Assembly (NCBI GenBank): GCA_012295275.1
Contig: CM022670.1
Span: 41,106,001-41,170,000, forward strand
Direction: 5' to 3'
Length of the DNA: 64,000 bases
DNA from: Chrysomallon squamiferum
Taxonomy: Eukaryota; Animalia; Mollusca
In this document: positions 53,312-64,000 of the stretch, one piece after another
How positions within the stretch are numbered: the stretch's first letter is position 1
Layout of the letters: every line of letters starts with the position of its first letter
Made by a program: the position numbers and the translations under genes
Notes under the pieces: generated by a model
Told to the model about the DNA's origin: nothing
The model's database searches: none
The model's input: only the letters and a program-made list of their open reading frames with translations

Positions 53312-56300
53312 AAAGATAAAATAAATATAAATATTTGTTTTCATTTGTATCAGCTTCATATAATTAATTAGCTAAGTTAAAATACTGATTTACTGTGAAA
53401 GTTAAAAACATATAACTAGTCAGATAAGAACTAAATAATTCATGAGAAAATTTAAAAGCTACTTCCTTTTATACCAGCTCCATGTTATTGTGCAGCAGAA
53501 ACAATTCCAACTTCTTATGAATGAAACTATTCAGCGCTTGATTGAAATCATGTGGCAAAAATTTGGCCTGTATGTTTAGTGTGAATGCAGTTCTGTATTT
53601 GCAGTGGTGGTTGTATTCTTCTCAGTGTTACTGTCTGCTCAGATGGCTAAATGTGCGTTGCTTCAAATTTCAGGTTTTCTATCTCATACTAAACACACAC
53701 AAAAAAATTAAATTTTAGATATTAGATATCTACAAACTAACCTTTCTGTCACTAAGGTAATATTTCTCAATTTTTAAAACATATTAACATAATCATATTG
53801 GTTAATTCTAATGGCTTTCTTTCTTCATTTTTGATAATGATTTTATTGCAGTACAAACAATATTTTCTTAGAACAGAAGCTAACATTTATTAGACTTTGG
53901 AGTTCTTTTGTTGTTGATATTTTTTCATTGTTAATATGTTGGAATAAGAATCATAGTTGTTTTCATAATAATTAATTTCATTTAGTGTGTAAAAATATAT
54001 AAAAATTAAGTTATAAACAGCTATTAATACAAAAATATCACAAACCAACCATTTAACAACATTTGAAAAATTATATTCAACCATTTAACAACATAAAATT
54101 ATATTATTGACAAATTAAACGTTCAGCTGTGCTTCTGTATTTATTTTTTTCTTTGTTTTCTTTATATATAACATGTCTGTTTTTATTTTTGGACATTGAA
54201 TTTTTGTCATGTGATTGTCCAATGTGTTCAAAATAAACCCCCAAAAATATTAAAATGTTCATAAAATGTTTATTAAGCAGTGGTCTTAAAATAAATAACA
54301 AATGTAGGTATATGTAATACCTATTTGTTCACACCTTCACATTTAAACCAACATTATATTAATTTCTAATGATATATTTAATATTTACTAAAATAATAAA
54401 ATTTAAAAATGTTCTGGTAAATGATCTGCCCTGACAGTTAACATTGCCTCCTTAATTCAGTATTTATTAATCTGCTCAATGTATAGTGGAAAGCATTTGG
54501 CAGGGTCAGTTGTAAAATGGTTATTTATTTACCATACTTAGTTAATTATTTCTATTTTTTATTTTCCATTTAAAACACACTTTCTTTCCAAATACCAAGT
54601 ATTTTCTTTGTACTTATTAATTTCTTAAATTGCAATAAAAACATTTTTTTTTTTAAATTTTGTGGGTTTTTTTTTTTTTATTTATTTAAGTTTTCTTTTT
54701 AACTGTTCTAAGTTTCATAATATGAACCTTCTTTGAATTTTGTCACTTTGTTTCAGTAAATGGGGCAGCTTTTTAAATTATTTCTTAATGCTTATTAAGT
54801 GCTAATTGTTTCATAATAACATGAGGATGACTAATTGTTTTATTATGTTTGTCACAGTTGTAAATATATATATATCTGTCTTGGATAGGTTACTACCTGA
54901 GGTGGGATCTATGTATGCAGTATATTATAAATACTGTATCACATTTTTGTACACTAGAACACAAGACTTGTTTAAAAACTGTATTTGCACTAACATTCAT
55001 AGAACATTCACTATAGCAGTAAAGACTAATATAGATGAATAGAAATATTGTAATCTGGCACATCAATCACATATGGGTTAATACAGTGAAAACAGCAATT
55101 ATATAAATAACTAGTTACCAAGTGTGTTCAGTGGAGTCATTCCACAGTGATCCACAAAGAAAAAACATCTCTGGTCTTTTATGTATTTATTTGGTAACAC
55201 GTTATGAAACTTGCTGCTAGACGTCTGTCACCAGATCATTCTGTGAAACAAGACCGGTAACACTGACCACTCCTGAGGTGATAAGTAATCCAGCAATTCC
55301 CAGGCTTTTAGTTGACTGAGCAGACCAAAACAATGTTAAATGCTGAACTGACAGATTTTTGAATTTTTTAAAACTTTTGGTATTTACTAATAAGATATTG
55401 TTTCTTTAATGTATAACTCTTTTTTATTTTGAATTGTTTAAATGCAATAATTATTTTATTAACAGCTTATGGGGGGGGGTTGTGTAATAATGCATACAAA
55501 CAGAGAAAATGAAATTTTTTTATGCAATAAGCAAGAAATTAATTTTATGTTAGATAAAGTTAAATGAATTAAAACAAATTCAATAATAATGTTATATTAT
55601 TTCAACATTATGATATAAGATAAGAATATTTTTTTAATAGCTTTATTATGTTAATATTTTAGGTTATATTAGTATAAATGTTTTATGTTAGTAACTTATA
55701 TCTTTTATCACTATGTTGTTAGGTTAGTCTTATTACAGTGTTATTATGCTTTATTTGTAATTACATAAATGTTTTATGGTGTTGTGTTATTAGATATGTT
55801 TTTGTTACAGACGAGGTGCATTGATTAACTTGATTCTAAACTTGTTGTATATTCTCATGTGGACTTTTATTGGTGTTCTTGTGGAATATGATGACAGGCA
55901 CCAATACACCTTACCAAAAGACATCTGGAGAATTGTGTTATGGGTTAGTAACTCATTAAATCAATGACATTTCATGGATGCAAACAATTTTTAATCAGGG
56001 TGTATCTGACCAAAACAGACCTTAAGTTGACTGATCATAAAATCTCTCTACTCCCGTAAATATGAAGTTATAAATAATTGATCTCAGAAATTATCAGTGA
56101 TGAATGTGTAATGTTCATTTTGAAAACACTGAACTGTTTCCAAAATTGAATTTAAAGTAATAATAAAATATGTTTTGATCAAAGTTTGTATTTTACACAT
56201 AGCCAGTAAACAATTAACATCAGGAAACAAATGACATAGTGGGAGACTGGCTAGTAAACAGATGCATGTTTGAAATAAACAAGCATAACAGTGCAAAAAC

Positions 56301-58734
56301 AGTTATTTTTTATCCTGTTCTTTCCCATTCAATATTTTTATGCATCACTATTTCTTTAACAAGCATTCATATGAGTTATCTCATCATTTGAAACACTTAC
56401 TGATATTACTCTTATTTCATCTTGAATCATCTTTTAATATTATGATGTTTTAAAATAATGTTGTTTTAATTATTATAATTATTCAGTTTTTATGTTTGTG
56501 ATTGTTTGATTGTTTCATTGTTCATTGTTTGGTTGTATATTTGTTTCAGTTGGTAGCTGTTGCATTTACTGTATGGCAGATAGTGGAAGAGCTGTTGGAA
56601 TACACTCGGTCAAAAAGAGCACATCAGGTTTGTAATCTAAGTACTCTGATCCATAGCCATAGATTATACTTTGATATAACCATTGTATTACATTTTTAAT
56701 TTCAACAAACTACAACAACTCCACCATTAATGTTGTGGTTAGGTTCTTGAAAGTACTTCTTTAACTGAAATGTTAAGTGTAACTGATTTTACACAGTTAT
56801 ATAAATTGAGGATTATGTTTCTTTGAAACATATCTGGCAAATATATTCTCACACATTTTCTGAAAATGATAAATAAAATCCCAGAAATAATGTATACTTT
56901 ACAAACAAATAAAATAAATAAACAAATATATATTTAAAATTAATATTTATTTGATGGCTGATGCAACAATGGATGTAGCTGTGGTTGGGAGGGTGGGAAG
57001 CTGCTGATGGTAGAAGAGATTTGGGTCCTTTTCATGATCACTGAAAAGTTTAGAAGTTTGGTCCTCATCATTGCTCGATGTGAACTTGTACATTACCTCA
57101 AATCTTTGGACTTGAAATGGATGTTTGAAAACAACAAAAAAGCCACCAAACATTAACAAAAAAATATGGTGCTTAAAGCATCGGTTACAAAATGGACTGT
57201 TACAACAGTCAGGCTTGGAGTTCCTTTATTCTATATATATCATTGTATATTTATGTCTTTTAATTTTTATGTCAAAGTTGTTATAAGAAAACTAATATTA
57301 ATTGGGATATGTTCTACTGGGTTACTGTTCCTTTAAAATGTCATAAATACATTTATCCATCCATTATCTATATCTTCAACTAATTGTTGTTTGTCCATTC
57401 ATCAGTCTGTTCCGTCCTCATCTTCTGATTATCTCATCAGACCATCCATTCATCCACGAGTCTGCTCATGTTTAGTTTTTGTTTTCAGAATGCAGTGAAA
57501 TTGCGAACTCAGGAAATAAATGAAGATTTAAAATTCTGTCACCCTCGATGGTCAAAAGAAAAACAATTCCTAAAATCAGAGTTGAAAGAACTAACCAAGC
57601 TAAGCCCTAACTACTTCAGTGACTACTGGTAAAACATAAACAAAAATTTTATTTCATATTTCTGTTATAATTGGTGTATTAGAAACACTGTAACTTTTGT
57701 TTCTGTTTGAAGATGAGTGGAAATCACAATTTATCTGTGCAAAATTTCTGACATTAAGAAGAAGGTACATACAACGGAGTTGTTTGATTAAAAACATGTA
57801 TTTTCTAAGAATATGTTTTGATGTTCTTTACTTCTTGTTTAATGTTTTGTTTTGTTTCTTCTTGTTGACTCATTTTTCGATTTTTATTTTAAAGCAATAA
57901 TGGTTTTGTGTTTTTTAGGAATATTTTCGACTGGGTATGTTATGTTTTGTTGTTGATATCAATCATCACTCACCTGGTTGACATTGGTTACCACACAAAC
58001 CTAGTAGCACGTGCACACATCCGTGTGATGAGTGTTACAATAATTCTACTCTGGCTGAGGCTAATGAAAAATGCTAGAGCATTTTCAGTTTCTGGTAGTT
58101 TAAAAATATATATATTTTTGTTTATCCTTACCCAGATTTAATTTATAAGAAATTTATGGTGCATGAACTTTATATTTAGTTCATAATCTGTTGATATTTG
58201 AAAGCATGGAGAATAGTTCAGTATAATTTGAACAAGTGAAAAATAAATAAGTAAGTAAATAATTACTATGAAAGAAATCAAAATAAAATCTGAAATAAAT
58301 TAGTCAATACTTTTTTAAAAATAAAAGAAAGAAAGAAATTGTGAAATTTTTATCAGACTTTTTTGTTATGAATGTTCTGTATGCCGTTGTTTGTGGTGAT
58401 GTTGTGTTTACTTGATATACTTTCTAACAGGACCTTTCATTGTGATGCTGGGACACATGATGGGAGACATGGTGAGGTTTGCATTTCTCTACTGTGAGTT
58501 CTACATTCCATACGGTGAGTAACTTATTCTTTACATAGTTATTACATGTGTTTATTTCTGCATTCAGAAAGGTCAAAAATGTGAAAAATTCAATCATGTT
58601 TTCTTTCATGACAGTGAAAGCAACACGTTCTCCGATTTTTGTCCAAATTTTCCATAAAGATGCGTGCCTCATTTCTTCAGATGCATGCACATACTGTTAA
58701 TATTTAACAATTTTATTAGAATTTGTTTTTGTTC

Positions 58735-58770
<36 letters not shown>

Positions 58771-60173
58771 TATATATGTTTTTGTTTTTATATATATATA
58801 TATATGTATATAAAGAAAAATGAAAACAAAAAAAGAAAAAAGATTTTTCCCTGAGTTGAAGCAAATTCATGATTATTTTCCAGTTTGTGCGTTTTGGATG
58901 TTGTTTGGTGGGGAGAAGAAACCAGACTCAGGGGAAGGTCCACTGATCAATGTGACCTGGTTTAATGACATTGGTCAGGTCATGTTTAGTCTGTTCAGGC
59001 TGACCCTAGTTGATGACTATGATTATGAGGTTAGTTAAAACTACTATGTATTTATAATAATATTAGAAAAGATGAAGTACATCCATACTTAAAGATATTT
59101 TACATATTAACTTTCATATTTTTACTCTGTAAGTATTTTTAATTGTTTTTAATTTTAGTATTTATTTATATGTAAAGAAAACAGTATTTTTCTTAAACAT
59201 ATATTTTCATTTTTTAACTTTTTGAGCATTTGAAACAAGTTGATTCTGTCATGGCCGATATTCTTATTGGAACCTGGTTGGCACTGTCAGCCATACTGTG
59301 CCTTAATCTCTTCATAGCACTGTTGTCAGACACCTTTCAGCGGTAGGTTTTTGTTTGGCCTTGATCTGGTAACAGCTGAGTATGTTTGAGTGTGCTGTTT
59401 AATGTCATATACTGGTGGTGTTATTTTTATGTGTGTAAAATATTAATTATTTTGTTAAATTTATACAGTTACAGATACAACAGTTCAAATATAGGACATA
59501 ATGTTACAGTTACACTTTGTTATGAAGAAATCATTTCAAATATTTATCATTTTATTTTTAAGTCTGCTTGAGGATTTATAAACAGTACTTGGAAGTAATT
59601 CAAACTGATTTTGTTTGATGTTTTCTGGGTCAGAATAAATTTTAATTTAATGATTATATTTAATGTTGATGATTATATTTTGAATTTTTATAAAGGAAAC
59701 CACCAGTGCAATAGTGCAATCTTTTTGTCAACGAAATATGTTTTATATATAAGTATATCACAACTTGAATATACAAAATTAGAATGTTGATTGGATCTAA
59801 TATCTAAACATAGTATGATTGATTCTGCAGTCTAGTGATCCTCAGTCAATTGATATATATATAGAGCTACAGCTCAGATAAATATAGTTTCCCGTATTTT
59901 ATTCTAATTAAGATATTTGATATTTTCCTGCACAGAGTTTATGACAATGCTCAGGCAAATGCTCTCATGCAGAAAGCTATCACAATTTTAAACATCTGGG
60001 AAGGAATGTCAGAGGAACGACGTCATGGGTTTCTTCTCTATGTGCACAATCAATGCAGCCCCAAACGAGATCCATACGATGATGATGTGACAACTAGTGG
60101 AGAGGACGATCTTAAAAAAGACAACATCCAAATAAAGGTACAGGTTTTGAAATATTTGTTATAATAATAATAA

Positions 60174-60207
<34 letters not shown>

Positions 60208-62669
60208 TGTAGTTGTAGTAGTAGTAGTAGTTGTAGTTGTAGTTGTAGTTGTAGTTGTTGTTGTTGTTGTAATGTTATTTTATGATGATGATATTGCTGC
60301 TAAAGACTTAGATAATGATCATGTTTATACTACTACAACTAATAATATTTATTATTACAATGATGATGTTCTAATATGCTAATAATAATATTCATCCTTT
60401 TAAAGGAAGGACTTGATAAACTGATACAAGGCTGGAATGGAATGTTCAGACATGACAAAATATCTGACATGCAGGTAAATATAAAAATATTTTAAAAAAA
60501 CCCAAATCTTCATAATTGCTTTATAACAACCTTCATTCATTAATTCATTTTGTTCAAATGTGTCCAAAAACCCATTCTATTTTAGGAATTCTCTGGTGGT
60601 TCTGGTGGTGGAGGAGGAGGTGGTGGTGGTGGTGGTGGAGGAGGTGGGAGTGGAGGAGGAGGTGGTATGGGTCAGGATGTAAAACGTAATCGTGGGGTGG
60701 TGGTCACGGTAGACCGGTTTGAGAAGGAGATCAGTGTTTTACACACTGGAATAAAAGACTTGCAGGACAGACAGGAACACATCATGAACAGTCTGAAAAC
60801 TATCAAACATCTACTCCGGCAACAGCATGGTAGATAACAGAGATTGACTTATTTTTAATACATTATACATAGATAACAAACTGACTTATTATACATTATA
60901 AATAGATAAATGAGACTTACTTATTTTACATTATAAATAAATAATAGAGAGTGACTTATTTTATATTAGAAACAGATAAATGAGACTGACTTATTTTACA
61001 TTATAAATAGATAACAGAGATTGGCTTATTTTACATTTTAAATAGATAACAGAAACTGATGTATTTTGCATTATAAGTAGATAATCGAGATTGACTTATT
61101 TTATATTATAAATAGATATCAGAGATTGGCTTATTTTTGCATTATAAATGGATAACTGAGATTGACTTTTACAGTATAAATACATAACTGAGATTGACCT
61201 ATTTTACATTATAAATAGATAACAGAGATTGACTTATTTTATATTATGAATAGGTAAAAAGAAAACAAAACCACAAACTCATGAAGATTACAGAGATTCA
61301 CAGGAACCAGCAACATGTAAGAATGCAGTCATCCACTGCAATCTACTTTTAATTTGTAGACAATATTAGTTACTTTTAATTTTGATAACAACAGGTAAGA
61401 ATAGAGCATCCTTTTTTAATTTGTAGACAGTATTAGTTACTGTCATACATAATTTGATAACAACCAATCAACAATACAATAATATTAGTAACCTGTTTTC
61501 TGTTAATGATTTGTAAACAGTATTTTCTTTTGTTTATTTTTTGTATACAGTTCTTATCCATTACAACTGAATTTTCAGGACTGGTGCTTTCTCTGTTAGT
61601 CCATGAAATGAAGGGTCATCAGTATATAAATATATTTTCTTTGATTTAGTTGTATTTGATTTGTTGTTTTATTTTGTGGGGTTTTTTTGTGGTTTTTTGC
61701 AGACTTCCCACCCATTGATATATCTATGATGCAGCTTCCTTCCCAGACCACACCTGAGGTATTATTTTTTTTTATACTACATCATCTTTAGAGAGAGACA
61801 AATTGTTTTTCACATTTTTACTTAAATATGTAACAAATTAAGTTGAATTTCAAATTAATTCTTTTTTCTTCTGTACTTTGTATACATTTAGACACAGAAT
61901 TTGTTATATTTTTATTTAAGTGTTATATATCCAGATGAAATTTCTCTAATTAAGTATCTCTACTGAAAACACTTTAACAGAGAGAATGTATATTTAAGTA
62001 TGACATTTTGTAAGTCATTTTATCTATAAAATGCAATTCCTCAGACCTGTGTTATTATTTTAAAACCGTTAATTTTCACAAGAATTATTGAACATTGTTA
62101 CTTCTATTTAATTTTTTTAATTCAAAGTCATGTGTTCCTGTTCAGTTAATGAATTAATGATATTTTGTCTAAGATATTTCTGAGACACGAGAGAAATAAA
62201 AACATTTACTATGATGTTTTTATAATGAAATTGTTCTTCTTACTGCTAAAACTGCTTTTACTGATACTATTATCAGCACATATTTTTTTATCTTATAATA
62301 TATTGTGGATTATTTGTTAGTATATTTGACAAATAACTCAGTACTCAGGACATACTGTAGAGCATTATTAAATGTAAAGTCATAATGTAAATATAATTAC
62401 ATTTAAGATTAAAATGTGTTTTTATAATAACATTTCTTTACTTGTAAGTTATTCATTATGGTGTAATTAAAGAAAAGATTTTTGTTAAGTAAATTTCAAA
62501 TCAGACCAGAAGCAAAAAGTATTACCAGTAATTAACTGAAATAAAAAATAATTAATACTAAATAAATAAATAATAAAAGTAATAATGTTTACTGCAGTAA
62601 TATAAATACGTGTCACCTTTTTTTTTTTATCTACAGCCACTAGATCATATAGACACTACTGAGTGTTAA
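47034..62669 (+). CDS. TRPV-related ankyrin-repeat cation channel, copy D, complete (about 885 aa)
   Basis: 22 coding exons: 47034-47158, 47623-47696, 49921-50198, 50445-50595, 50945-51112, 51546-51655, 51799-51886, 52492-52523, 53478-53569, 55811-55943, 56550-56627, 57489-57628, 57919-58094, 58431-58514, 58884-59029, 59227-59342, 59936-60137, 60406-60474, 60586-60829, 61254-61316, 61703-61758, 62637-62669. They total 2658 nt with matching phases and no internal stop, ending PLDHIDTTEC*. An in-frame upstream ATG lies at 47028. The last three exons are less certain, with an alternative stop at 60835-60837 if the minisatellite intron is retained. Confidence 0.88.
51331..51429. repeat. (TTA)n microsatellite
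   Basis: Read directly from the sequence. Confidence 0.95.
53090..53330. repeat. (TAA)n/(TAAA)n low-complexity tract
   Basis: Read directly from the sequence. Confidence 0.9.
60830..61253 (+). repeat. 33-35 bp minisatellite, copy D
   Basis: Same unit, about 12 copies, directly abutting coding sequence on both sides. Confidence 0.93.
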
Positions 62670-64000
62670 AAACTGATTTTTAAAGGTGAAAATTTCCACA
62701 AGTTCTACCAGTGATCAACAAACGTATCTAAAGGGACATTTGAATGTGTTTTGTTATTTACTGCATTACAATATCTGCTAATTAATTTTTATACCTTTCT
62801 GTAAGAAATAAAATTATATTTACAATCTTTTAAGAAGATTTTTTTTTTTTTGTATCATAACATGATATATTATATTTATATAATGTTTTTCAGTAAGGCA
62901 CTGTGTTTTTAATATGTAATTATATGCTCTGTTTAATATTTGTAATCTGTGTATACAAGGAATTGATTAGGGTTCAAGAATGCATATGATGGGCAAATCT
63001 AATATTTCTCCAAGCTGACCTGTCCAAACATATAAATAATTTTGTGGTATTAATGAAAAATTCAGTTACAAAAGGGCTTAGAATCCATTTTTACTTATGG
63101 ACTGACTGATAATAATTAACCATTACTTCGACCTAATTAGTTGTAAAATCAATGACATTCAACAGTAAAGGACCAATGAATTGTTAAGATATGTGCAAAG
63201 GCACTTACATCCTTTTGAGTTTTGCTTTTTGTTTTTGTTTTAAAATTGATAAATGGTATGTAAATTCTTTTGCATCTAAGCTCTTCAAATCTTTTTGTAA
63301 TAATGGTTCACACTAAATGTATTCATCTGCTTCTTTCATCTCCTTGTTATTCTGTAGTACACTGTGCTGAATACAGTTTTGAAGGTATATTTATACTTAA
63401 TTTTAATGAATGAATATATGAACCTTTTACACCTTTCTTATTGATCAATGTTTATGTCCAACTATAAAGAAATGAAGAGGTGTGTCTGAAAGATTTCATA
63501 GTGTTTTATAACTTTTTTAATCAATATTTTTTTTGGCATTTTATATTTTATATGTTCAAAATACACAATATATTTAGATGTTCTGTGAAACTAAGGTAGA
63601 CATGGTGAGTTCAATTTTATTGCTGAATTCTGTTTGTCTTGCCCTAACAGAGAATAAGACAAACGAGTAGAAATATGGAATATCTCTTCTCTTTTTATAA
63701 ATTAATAAATATTTGGTCTGAATACCTCTTAAGACATTTAAGTATGGATAAGGTGTTTGACATGTTTTATTATTATTATTATTATTATGACTGTCTGAGA
63801 GAAATTCTGCTGATACTATTCTTGAACTAAGTCTGGTAGCAAGTTTTCATTTGTGCCAAGATCCAAAATAATCCCAAAGACATCAAGAATATTTATCCTG
63901 TAAGAAACTGTTGTCTTATCACTGACTTTATTTAGGGATATGTTCAATTTTAGAATTTCGTTTTGTTAATTTGCATTACATATTTTGTTTATTAATTTAT

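Overview
AT-rich animal genomic DNA, with GT-AG introns, many microsatellites and one 200-N gap. A lophotrochozoan or mollusc-like origin is only a guess from composition and gene family. Almost the whole window is a head-to-tail tandem array of four copies of one multi-exon ion-channel gene on the + strand. It encodes an ankyrin-repeat, 6-TM, TRPV-related channel, possibly of the little-studied TRPVL group, with an acidic Gly-less pore (LFRLTLVDDYDYE) and a TRP helix lacking the usual Trp. Copy A (<1-16.3 kb) is open apart from a late stop codon. Copy B (21.2-26.6 kb) is split by the gap. Copy C (32.6-41.6 kb) is 5'-truncated, internally deleted and frameshifted. Copy D (47.0-62.7 kb) is a complete 22-coding-exon ORF of about 885 aa by hand assembly. 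The paralogs differ by a strong excess of amino-acid changes in some exons, microexon loss, exon fusion, a new splice acceptor, an intron built almost entirely from a 33-35 bp minisatellite, and patchwork gene conversion. The spacers carry a Tigger/pogo transposon remnant, an inverted repeat and a copy-number-variable ~420 bp tandem unit. All exon boundaries were assigned by eye from splice consensus, frame continuity and cross-copy comparison. No database search was run.
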